Below, piece after piece: positions 39,502 to 50,496 of a stretch of 64,000 nucleotides of DNA (the stretch's first letter is position 1; every line of letters begins with the position of its first letter). Under the pieces are notes generated by a model that was given only the letters and a program-made list of their open reading frames with translations, had not been told where the DNA came from and did not search any database. The position numbers were made by a program, and so were the translations under genes. The stretch is from Asterias rubens (lineage: Eukaryota): the NCBI RefSeq assembly GCF_902459465.1, contig NC_047068.1, forward strand, positions 16,306,001-16,370,000, in the 5' to 3' direction.

Positions 39502-42500
39502 TAAAAGTATTACGAATACTATTATGTGTGTGAGTTCACTTGTTGGGAAGCTTTTTATTTACATTTGTGATAAGCATTAATAGGTTATTTACTCTTTGAA
39601 AAAAAAAATGTTTGACAGAAAAAGAAAATGAAAAAAAAAAGGAAAAAACGTAGAAAAAGGTGATGATGGGAGGGATGGGCTGTTTTTAAGCCAAGGAGTG
39701 TGTGTCCGCTGGTTCCGTTTCTAAATGTATGTCACATTGTATTAAACTGATATGTTATGATGACTATATTATTGTAATAATGCTGTACTACTACTTACTT
39801 AGCAAGGCAATAGAAAACAGAAACCCTTGATTGATTTGTTATCTTTATATTGTGTATATGGCTTTAAAGTCCCACTTTGTTCTTGTCAAATAGTCGGGAC
39901 CTATTTTTTGTTTGTTGGTTTGGGTTTTTGTTACGATGTGAGAGGTGTTACTCACCCTTGTCCTGCCTTTAGCAGCTGTTCAATTTCTTTTGCAACAAGA
40001 TTTATCAAATGGCCTTAATTCATGACTTACAACTTATTCTGTTCGTTTGAACCAATTTATTGTCAGTTAATTAACAGTTATTATGTGTTTTGTAATACAA
40101 TGCATTCCACACTGAAACATAATAATAACCTAAGTTACACAAATTTGAACATAGATTTAAAATCAGAGCCTGTATTTCTTTGAAGAATTTTATCATTTCA
40201 GCATAACTTAAAATAGTAATAATAAAAAGTAACAACAAAATAATTTTAATATAAAAACAAACCATAAATGAAACAGGAACATTTAAAAGGTGCTATCTTA
40301 ATTCAAAAGAAAGACATGTTTTCACTCACAGCGACTCAACTTTGAGATATTTCCATGCCAGTCGTCAACAAAAGTTTGTTTCAGTCCTTCAAATTAATCA
40401 GCCCCATGGGAATTTTTTTTTTGCAGCTGCAAAATTGGCAAACTGCATGGACACTGCAACTAAAGAAAAAACATTACTGGCTGTGCTATTTTTTATTTTA
40501 AACTATATTGTGAGTAGCTGTAAGATTATTAAACATTAATGAACATATAAAGCCAAAGCAGTGTTTACAGTAAAGGGCCTTTTTACAAGAAAAACAAAAC
40601 TAAAATCATGAATTCCTTATACTTTTATTGTAAAACAATTTTTTCTTTGTACCTTGTTTTCAACTGGATATTGGTTCAGTGTGGTGTGTTACAAGCAAAT
40701 AATCAGCATGGAGTTTTAAAACTTTTAAGAAAAAACCTTATGAACCGAGAAAAAAAGTAATAACATTTATCATTGAATATTTCAGACCATGAATCACATT
40801 ATTGCTACAATCTGGAATTTTGTTGTCATTTTGTAAAAAAGAAAGAAAAAAAATTAAAAAAATTAAAAAAAATGTATATATATATATAAAAACAAAAAAA
40901 GAAAAAAAAATGTGAAAAGATGATTTTTTTTAAATATTAAAGAGCTGTAAACTGTGCAACTTTAATTTTCCACTTGTTACTTGTCAGCTATGCATGATGG
41001 GATTGATAATTTGTATCGTTTAGTTGACGCTGTGCAATGCAGGGTCCTGTCTATTCCCAATGTGGGTTTAATACAGGGAGAATTACTGGTATTCTTAAAA
41101 ACCAAACAGTATAAATAATTACAAAAAAAAACAATGAAAAACAAAATACAAAAAAAAAAAACGAAATACAAAAAAAAAATCTTCAAAAGGAAAAACTATA
41201 AAAAGTATTAAACAATAAAAGAAAAAAAAAATTATAAAAAGTAAAATATGCAAAAAAAATTAAACATTTTTGAGAAGTCAAGTGCATTGTTCTTTGCCTT
41301 CATTATAAGAGCAGTGTAAACAAGTATAATAAATTCCTGAGTGACGTAGAAATATGCTGTGTGGTCAAATTAAAAAAAATTATAATAATTGAAACTTTTT
41401 TGTGGATGTATCCGTTATCCGTTTGCAAGATTTCAAGTTGTACTTATTCCAATGGAAGTTTGGCAGAGAATTTGAACTCTGGGGAATATGATATACATGT
41501 ACATGTATACATCATTGTGACAGCAGTCACAGTTCCACCTGGAGTACACAAACAGGTTCCATGTGCAAGGAAAGTACCACAAATGGCCAATCGAGGAAGT
41601 CTTGTTTTGGAGATTAAAGTGTGGACTGTGGAGTAGTCAGGATTTAATATTTAAAAGAAAAGGATTTCTACAAATGGTTATTTCTTTATAAAAAAAATAT
41701 TTTCTTGACAATGGAGCATTAGAGCTGGGATGCAGTGTTATAAAACTTAACATAGTTTATTTTTTTCTGCCAGTATTGTGTTGTAGTTTGTTATGCTATA
41801 GGTTAATGTTCACCCACCAGTTATTGACAGGTTTTGGTTTTTCAGTGCGTGCTTTCTCTCAGTCAGAAGACAAAAAATAAGAACCAGCAAAACTTTTTAT
41901 GGATAAAAAAAGGTAATTAAAACAAAAACACATGTCACAGTGTATTGCTGCTACTAACTTGCCAAAACAAGTGTTTGTATATATACTACATTTATTAATC
42001 AGTCACTCATTTAACAACTTTTTGAAACAGTGAATCGCTGAAGCTATGTACAACTGTGCCTGTAGAATTACATTAGAAGACCCAATTGTCTTGTCAAAAT
42101 TGGTTTCCCAAAACAAACGAAGGGTGGGGTGTTGTTAATTGCGTGAATTAGTTCACAGGGAATTTTAAATTGGTTCTGTTTGTCGTTAAATCAGTTATCA
42201 GTTTAAAAGCATAATATTGCACAAACATTTCTTATATCCTTTCAAAACTGTCAACGTGTGCAAATGATTGTATTTTTTAAAATGATGAGGAATTAAGCAG
42301 AACAACTGAGGGAAATCCAAAACATGTAGTGCCTACTGTGTATGCCATGATCTTGACCTTGTGTCATGCTATAACCGTTATTGTCAGCCGTGTTTTGTTA
42401 GAATACAAACAAATAATAATAATTATTTAAAAAAATCTGAGGTTACCTATCAGTACTTGATACAGATCATGGTTGAAATACAGAAAGCAACATAACACTT

Positions 42501-44140
42501 GTATATATTATAAATATATTTACCTCTGTGACTTCTATACTTCTGCATAAACACTGAGATATGAGCATTTCCTATCAGCCCGTATTTGACACCTACCGAA
42601 GTCATACATTATTAAGAAATAATTGTCTAATTAAACTAACGTTATACAACTTCCATTTGATTGTGCAAAACAAAAGAAGACTTTAGCCTTGTTAAGTATC
42701 GATTTTTGACAGAAAAAGCAAGTATTATTGTACATGGTTTAAAATAAATAAGTTCTATTCTTAAAAAAAAAATCATTAAAAAAAACATTTAAAATTGTAC
42801 TATGTGAGGTGCATTTGTGTTTCACAATGCGATGCACGTATAATGTAGTGTTTATGATTACACATTGAATCAACAATATGACATTGTCCTTTTTTGGACT
42901 CCACTGGAGTAAAGAAATGTGGAGCAAACCAAGTTGAGCCGAGGGTTGCTTTTGTCGATTCCATCAGATTGGTTTAGGATTAAGCCTTTGAATAGAATGG
43001 ATTGAGATTAAAGCCTCAAAGATTAGTTAGCAGTTGTTATCGATTATTATAAAGTGCTTCCAAATATTGTGTCAATTTGAGACCATTTAATCTTTGATTG
43101 TGTGGCTCGGCTACCGAAACAATGATCAAATGCCCGTTTCTGGTGTATAAATGTTTCACAAAGACTGATTTTAATAGTGTGTTGGTGTTGTTGATCTTAA
43201 AGGGTTAATGATGCCACTCAACATTGGTATAATATTGACTGCATTGTGGGAGTGTACTGACTGACAATTCAGTGTTTTGTGTCAGGAATGACGGCATATG
43301 AAATACAACCCAAACCAGTGTCTTCCCATGATGTAACAATCACTTACTAAATTCAAAGTTACATTCATATTAACAACAAAGAACGAAAGGGGAAAAATAT
43401 GTGCAACTAGTTTTCAATGTTTAAGCAAATAACTTATATTTAACGGCAAGCATTTTGCCAGACTTGGATCATGGTTTTTTTCAATTAGAAATATAGAAGA
43501 AATATTATACCATTTTATGAAATGTGACTTGTACCAGTCCTTTGTCTTTTTCGACCAGAAACCACATTGTTTTCTTTCCATGGCTCGAGTCAGTAATAAT
43601 GAGAGCAAGAGGCAAGTCTAGTTACATCAACACAATGTAATTTGTACGTGGATAACAGGCGCATTTGGTGTGTGTGCTTTATAATAGGACCTCGTGAACT
43701 CAGAGACAATACTTATCGTTTCCACAAAAACTGTGTCATTATTTGTGTCCTTGTCCTTTAATTATTTTTTGTTTTATCATTTTAAAGGGGTGTTTAACAT
43801 CAAAGAAAAGAGCTGTTGACAGTAGTTTCTGTAGTGTGTGCATTATAAATACATTTTGACCCCCCTTTTGTTTTAGCTATGCATTTAATTGATCCAGCCA
43901 ATTTCACCCATTTATTTTGTTTGTTGAAAGCTTTTGGTGCAAAGGTGGTAAATATCTCTTCACATAGTGAAAGTTTTGGAAATCAACACTACTTTAAGGC
44001 GATTATTCTTAAGAATTCATACACTGAAACAGTCAGCATATCTTTTCTTTGATTTTCAACTCTGTTTTGAATTCAGACATGTTAATCGATGTAGGATCAA
44101 CAAGACTTGACTTGGTGATCCATGTTCTGGGATTAGGCGA

Positions 44141-44308
44141 GGGCCCAATTTCATAGAGCTGCCTAGCAGAACAAAGCGCTTTAACATTTTGTCTGCTTAG
44201 CAGGAATGAGCAGGATACCACTCTTAAATTATTCACACAAAGTGGTAGGTTGGCTGGTAATCTTTTTCTGATAAGCAAGATTTTGTTGTGCTCCATGAAA
44301 TTGGGCCA
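44141..44308. mobile_element. GGGCCCAATTTCAT-family MITE
   Basis: GGGCCCAATTTCATAGAGC ... GCTCCATGAAATTGGGCC. Confidence 0.72.
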
Positions 44309-45001
44309 AGATAATGAGTTGTTGCCATGGTGAAACAGTTCAAACACCAATACTACAACATGTAGTCTTTATTGGTGGCGCTGTTTTATATTTAATATTC
44401 AACGGAAGAGGGCTGTGCACAAACGATGGGTGATGCACGGGAAAAAAACATTTTCATGCTCCTTCGCTGCGCTCCTACGTATGAAAAACAGTTCCACTCT
44501 AATGAACAACAATAACACAAGCTACAATACTGTTCATTGTTTTGTTTCATCAGATTTATTAGGCATTGCAATGTGCTGTTGGGGGGGGGGGGGGGAGGAG
44601 GACTTCTATTCAGTTGATGATATCATAATATAAGGGCTGGTGAAACATGTTCTGCTTGGTCATGCCGCTTCACATCCAAAATATCATTACAAACAACACA
44701 AATTGTATTGCCTTTTGATACCAAAGATGACACTGGATTCTTGTAATTTGTAGTTGTTTTGATTTTGTTGTTTTTAATCATAGCAGTTGATCATAGTCAA
44801 GGGCAAATTACTGCAGAAGATCACCGATTTTGCAGTTTTGCCCGAAATTGCAAAGAAGTTCAGTCCCTAATTCATTAGACAATAATTTGAGTGTGAAACA
44901 AATGCAAAACATCATGCTTTTTGTGTTTTTTTAAGTATCGTAGGAGGTCCTATTTTCAAGGCTCTGTGCGCGATGTTATTATGCAGACGACTCTTTTTTG
45001 T

Positions 45002-45155
45002 AATAGCGCCCTCACTTGTTTAATTAGTATCCGGTGATTTTTGTTTTAACAGCGCCCTCACTTGGTTTAAAACATTTCTACGATTTCTTTTTAAATAGCG
45101 CCCTCGCGTGTTTTAAAATGGTTATTTTGACGACTTCTCTTAACAGCGCCCTCAT
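45002..45155. repeat. Four-copy ~47-bp minisatellite with an AA(T/C)AGCGCCCTC core
   Basis: Cores at about 45002, 45049, 45094 and 45142. Confidence 0.8.
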
Positions 45156-45348
45156 TTATTTATAAAAGTGAGGTGTTTTTTTGCCGAGTTTGTCATAACT
45201 TCCATAAAAAATTCCTCTGTTTTTGATGTCTTGCAGCAAAAATATTCCCTTATCCAACAGACATGGACAGAATTCGTCGATAAATAAAGGAGGTTGGTGA
45301 TCCAAAACTATTGACAAGGTCTACGTCGACGGAAAAGCAATAGTTCGG

Positions 45349-45620
45349 TCTTTCACTCGGGTGATGGTGAGTAAAAGTAACGTTAAAGTTGCCTTAACCA
45401 GTTGCAGTATTACATTTGACTCGATGTTTTATCCTGGTGGTATCATGTGTTTTCAGTAGGATAACAGGAAAATTGTGATCAATAAAAAACTAACTGTTGT
45501 TTTTTTCAAATCATCTATCCAATTTTTTAACAACACTTACACTTCATTTGGTTAAGGAAAACTTAAGGCAACTTTAACGTTACTTTTAGTTACTCACCAT
45601 CACGTCACCCGAGTGAAAGA
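45349..45620. repeat. Inverted-repeat element (arms 45349-45397 and 45563-45620)
   Basis: TCTTTCACTCGGGTGA..AAGTAACGTTAAAGTTGCCTTAA and its reverse complement, with small indels. Confidence 0.7.
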
Positions 45621-46643
45621 ATGGATAAACTGTCTTAGGTATCGTAGCATCATACGTTATCGACCCTCATATGTTTTCGGTCCCCAACTTTGATTCCTGT
45701 TTACCGCGAAATTGTGCAAGCTGCACCGGTGACAGAAGCTATGCAGTTTACTCACGGTCTTTATTTTCATCAGGCTTAATCATGCTGAGAATAAAGTTTC
45801 CTGTCGTTGGTTTTGCTCAAATCAAACATTTATAAAATGATTGATTTTTGGTACTAATCACTAGTGCATTATTATGCCAACATTCAAATGAGTCAAAGAA
45901 ACATCATCCAATCTCCAAAGCTCAAAACAAAATTACTATCTGCTAGATTGAGTTTCATTCTGCTTTAGTCACTAGATGGATCACGTTAGGTGGTTACTAT
46001 TTGGGATTCTATGGTGTGCAAATGTGGGGAAAATATTAAAATATTTTAAGTAAAAATGAAAACAATTTTCTTTTTTATTTACTGCATACTGTAATAAATT
46101 CAGATAAGCGTAATAAATATTAAGTCTACATTATATTAATTAAAGAGAAAATATCATAAATTGGTTTCTTATCTCCTGAAACCAAACATTACTGGTCTGA
46201 AATGGGGGAAAACGGATTGTTATTAAGTGTGTGTGTTTCAGGGGGGGTGGGGCGTTTTACTTTCATGCCTTATGATATCTCTGGATTCTAATATAGTACC
46301 CATAATGCCTTAGGACAAAAATGTAATTAAATTTGTTAAGTAGTAATTGAATAATATTTTTGATTTATTTTGGACGCCATACTAGCTTCTGAATATTAAA
46401 TAAAATACCAACCAATGAAGGGTGTGAAAACATATGACGTTGCTCCAATGTTGTTCATGCATAAGCACTGTTAATGGCGGACTGTCTCTCGCGACGTAAA
46501 ACCAAAACTTTAAAATTTTCAACACACCATGAAGTGAAAGTGTAATTGTTAAAAAATTGGATAGATGATTTGAAATTTTCTTTTTAAGTTTTTGATTGTG
46601 AAAATTTATCCTACTGAAAACACATGACACCAGGATATTTATC

Positions 46644-46700
46644 AATATTAAATAAAATATCGAGTCAAATGAAATTTGACTCGATGTTTTATTTAATATT
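46644..46700. repeat. 27-bp-arm palindrome, related to the 45.35-45.64 kb element
   Basis: AATATTAAATAAAATATCGAGTCAAAT-gaa-ATTTGACTCGATGTTTTATTTAATATT, 1 mismatch. Confidence 0.8.
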
Positions 46701-46825
46701 CATAAAAACCTAAGACAGTTTATCCATTCTGATTGGTCTAAAGGCATCACGAGGTGTTGTTTGAACGGATGATATAACACCAGTAAAAAGTGTTATAACA
46801 TGAGCGTGACTAGTTGCAATAACGT

Positions 46826-46892
46826 TAGCCCCACTTGTGTGGCCAAGGATAGCTGAATCACAGCTATCCTTGGCCACACACAAGTGGGGCTA
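46826..46892. mobile_element. 67-bp foldback mini-element with 9-bp TSD
   Basis: 30-bp inverted arms, 5-nt loop, one 2-nt bulge; CAATAACGT at 46817-46825 and 46893-46901. Confidence 0.85.
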
Positions 46893-47130
46893 CAATAACG
46901 TAATCCTCCTGCCGACAGCGTAGCCGGAGGGTTACGAAGCTTTCGCAATGTGTGCAGGGCGAAATGGTTAACTGTACAGCCATAGTCTCGGTAAAGTGTG
47001 TTTCATTTCAGAGATTCTTGAATTGTTAAAACTATTTAATGGCCCCCAGATTCAAAATTCGGATTTAGACCAAAATCCATAACCCAAAAAGTATTTTTTA
47101 ATAATTATGTATTGTTTCATTTTTATGCAG

Positions 47131-47719
47131 AAATAACCAGCCCATACCAGCTTATGGTGTCAATTTGCTGATACAGCGTTACCATAGAAACCATGGCCTA
47201 ATCCTCGGTGATGAGATGGGATTGGGTAGAAAAAGGTCAGGTTGGTAAACATCTAGCTTTGATACAAAAATTGTTTTGTATAGTTTGTTTTTCACCCTTG
47301 CACTGATGTGTATTAAAAATACACTTTGTATTAAAATCACTGTACTCTCCTGATTTCTGTGAACAAAATCCACAGGCAATACACTCGGGTTTGATTCGAA
47401 CCCACGACCTTTGTATTGCTAGAGCAGAAGCTTACCAACTACACTGGTCACCAAGCTAACCCGGTGGCTAGAGACAGCTTGAGTCTTCAGTAGTGGGTAC
47501 CGCAATGATTTAATAGCACTGAATATACAGTACTTAAAAGACAAAATTAAATTGTATTCTTCATCCAAGATGCAAAAATTAACATCTTTCAAATAACTTG
47601 TTTTCTTAATAGACTATTGGCCTTTTGACGTACCTGTTTGGTTCAGGAGAAACTCGGGGTCGGTTCTTAGTCGTCAGCCCTCGGTCTGTGATGGGAAACT
47701 GGAGAGATGAGTTTAAAAG
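47131..47719 (+). pseudogene. CHD1L: CHD1L/ALC1-like SNF2 helicase pseudogene fragment (exons 47131..47240 and 47613..47719)
   Basis: Reconstructed PYQL-(D)GVN(W>L)LIQRYHRNHGLILGDEMGLG..Q|TIGLLTYLFGSGETRGRFLVVSPRSVMGNWRDEFKR matches the CHD1L motif I/Ia region. A -1 and a +1 frameshift, a TGA at 47169-47171 and a destroyed Walker A GKT are present. Splice sites are intact. Confidence 0.8.
47380..47473 (-). mobile_element. tRNA-derived SINE head fragment
   Basis: Pol III B box GGTTCGAATC on the - strand (47402-47393) and an A-box-like sequence upstream; no tRNA cloverleaf found. Confidence 0.6.
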
Positions 47720-47961
47720 GTATAAACTAAATTTTTTATTTCAACAATTTACCAAGGCATTGTTCACATCAAGCGTCTTAGGGCACCTATGCAATGACCA
47801 GGGGACATGGAGGCAATCGCCTTTGTTGCCTCCGTGAAGTATCACGCCGGGGCTATGGGCAAGGAGCTGCAACAGTGGTTCCCTTTCTTATGGCATTTTT
47901 TGACTGTGAGCCAAATTCCACACTTGTATCATCAAAGGCACAATCCAATTACCTTTCTACA

Positions 47962-48240
47962 GTGTCATGGCCGAGTTGTGAAGAGCATTGGACTCATGCT
48001 CTGCTGTTTCTGATTATCAAAGTGTGGGTTTGAATCCCGGTCGTGACGCTTGTGTCCTTTTATAAGCAAGTATTTAACCATTATTGCTTCATCCTTCAGA
48101 TGGGACTTTAAGCTGTAGGTCCTGTGTGGAGGACGGGACAGGACGGGACTGCCAAGTTTCTTCCAAGGGGTGATGGTGAGCTTCTGTGATGTTGACGATG
48201 GAGAATATTTAAAGAAACTCACACGTTACGCTGTGGCATA
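47962..48240 (+). mobile_element. tRNA-derived SINE
   Basis: A box TGGCCGAGTTG (47968-47978), B-box-like GGTTTGAATCC (48027-48037); body CTTGTGTCCTT..TTAACCATTATTGC is shared with the copy at 48529. Confidence 0.72.
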
Positions 48241-48528
48241 TCCTTTTAATCATGCTTAGGTTTTTGTTTGTTTGTTTGTTAAGATGATCTTCCCATCAAG
48301 GGAACTCAGCAAACTCCCACGAGGGGGATATAAACACCAAACTGGCAACAGCCAATCTCTCTCATACAAACATTGGTTTTTACTGTCTGTGAATGATTAT
48401 GAATTGCACAAATCAAGATATTGTGATTCAGTAACTAGACGACAATACATACTTCTAGTCATTGTGAAATCAGCGGTTAGCTTTGTAGGATACGAACCTA
48501 CAACCTCATGATTGCAAGTCAGGTGTGA

Positions 48529-48747
48529 CGTGTCGTGGACGAGTAGATTAGAACAACAAACTGTGGTGTGGATTGGTGGTCCTATTGTGAAACTTGTGTC
48601 CTTAAGCACGACGCTTAACCATTATTGCTGGTTCTCAAGATGGGATGTAAAGCCTTTGGTCCTGTGTGTTGTGTTATGCGCGATAAGAGCCCAGTGCACT
48701 TAGCAAAAAGAGAAGGGGTTTGACTTGCTGCATTTTGCGCCACAGCT
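48529..48747 (+). mobile_element. Second, more decayed copy of the same SINE
   Basis: Shared body CTTGTGTCCTT..CTTAACCATTATTGC..GATGGGA..GGTCCTGTGTG. Confidence 0.65.
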
Positions 48748-49140
48748 CAGGTTTTGTTTGCGAGTTTTGATTCAAGGTTCCTTAACTAAAAAAAAATTCA
48801 CGCATGACGGTGATGTCTCAGAGACTGTTGATGAAACAACGACCCTCATTGATGCCAAGGAAGACACATCAGAGGTAAATAATCAACAATTCCATTCGTG
48901 TATGAGCATAACAGGGAGGGTATACATTTTGTAGTCAATCCTAAAAGTATTGGCAATGAAAACATTGTGGTAGAAGCCTACAGCAGCTTTTGATAGTATA
49001 AAGCTTTAGCATATTTGGAAACAATTCACTTTGAAGTATGTGGTTATGTTTTAAAAAGATAGAAGTTTTTACGACCCAAAAATTGTAATCTTAGAAGCGG
49101 TACCGTCAGTGACGCTCCTCAGATTGTTCGGTCCTATTAA

Positions 49141-49537
49141 AGACACTGGACACTATTGGTAATTGTCAAAGACTAGTCTTCACTGTTGGTGTATCTAAAC
49201 ATATGCATAAAATAACAAACCTGTGAAAATTTGAGCTCAATTAGTCTAAGTCGGCGAAGTTGCGAGATATTAATGAAAGAAAAAAAATCCTTGTCGCACC
49301 ATCATCATACAAAGTTGCGTGCTTTCAGATCAGATGCTTGATTTCATGACCTCAAATTCTAAATCTGTGGTCTCTAAATCAAATTTGTGGAAAACTACTA
49401 CTTTCTCGACAACTACGTCACTTCACAGGGAGCTGTTTCTCACAATGTGTTATACTATCAACCTCTCCCCATAACTCGTAATCAGGAAAGGTTTTATGAC
49501 CATTATTTTGTGAAGTTACCAATAGTGTCCACTGCCT
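49141..49537 (+). mobile_element. Kolobok-type MITE, AGGCAGTGGACAC family, full length
   Basis: TTAA TSDs and TIRs. Confidence 0.88.
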
Positions 49538-50116
49538 TTAAGTAAATCTCATCCCCTCACTTTCAAAGCTGTGTATGGCCAATCTCCTGCCTTTATATGG
49601 TCTTCTTGATAGATTTATTCCTGTTCGTCCTCTTTGTTCTGCTGGCTAATCCCTACTGACACAAATTATTTTCCTTTAAATTCATCAGCTTTATTGCACC
49701 TTCGATATGAAACAACTCATTTAAATACATCTTTCTTTGTTGAATTATTTTCTGCAGGTGCAAACTCTGGTGGATATGAAGGCTTTGAATCCTGACATTG
49801 TGGTTGTGTGAACGAGATGGCTACAAGATTGTATCGCAAAACAGAGTCACATCAATGAAAAGAAATATAAACTATAAAAGTTTCTCCTTAGTAAACAGAG
49901 ACTTACTCGTCCAAAATGTGTGGGAGTTTTGTAATTTGATTAAGTTTGATTCTCATTGTTCATTTTGGATAAATTTCCTTTAAACATGTTGTTAAATGAA
50001 CAAGAATCATTCAGCATTTTGTGTAATGCCAGTGAAGGGATTTATTTGTATCTTAAAGCCATATAATATGTACATTATTGCATTAGTAGAAAAAGTTATA
50101 AATGTTTGTACCTTAA

Positions 50117-50496
50117 AGGCAGTGGACACTATTGGTATAAATTACTCAAAATATTTATTAGCATAAAACCTTTCTTGTTGACAAGTAATGGGGGGAGGTT
50201 GACAGTATAAAACATTGTGAGAAACGGCTCCCTCTGAAGTGCCATAGTTTTCGAGAAAGAAGAAATTTTCCACGAATTTGATTTCAAGACCTCAAGTTTA
50301 AAACTTGAGGTCTCAAAATCAACCATCTAAACGGACACAACTTTGTTTGACAAGGGTGTTTTTCTTTCATTATTATCTCGCAAGTTCGATGAACGATTGA
50401 GCTCAAATTTTCACAGGTTTGTAATTTTATGCATATGTTGAGATACACCAACTGTGAAGTCTAGTCTTTGACAGTTACCAATAGTGTCCACCGCCT
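50117..50496 (-). mobile_element. Kolobok-type MITE, AGGCAGTGGACAC family, full length
   Basis: TTAA TSDs and TIRs. Confidence 0.9.

Larger units (their letters stand above)
31012..43860 (+). other. Probable very long 3'UTR of TNRC6; end approximate
   Basis: No ORFs, long A/T homopolymers, few TEs outside 35.2-36.1 and 38.1-38.3 kb, several AATAAA (e.g. 42743-42748). Not provable without transcripts. Confidence 0.4.

Noticed and set aside
31330-42510. Pumilio elements (TGTAHATA) in the 3'UTR
   Set aside because: About five seen versus roughly two expected by chance in this AT-rich span; not persuasive.
47780-48013. ORF MEAIAFVASVKYH... as a next CHD1L exon
   Set aside because: The same GGGCACC..CAATGACCAGGGG..ATGGAGG sequence recurs at about 1150-1215 and 26300-26360, so it is a dispersed repeat, and it lacks CHD1L similarity.
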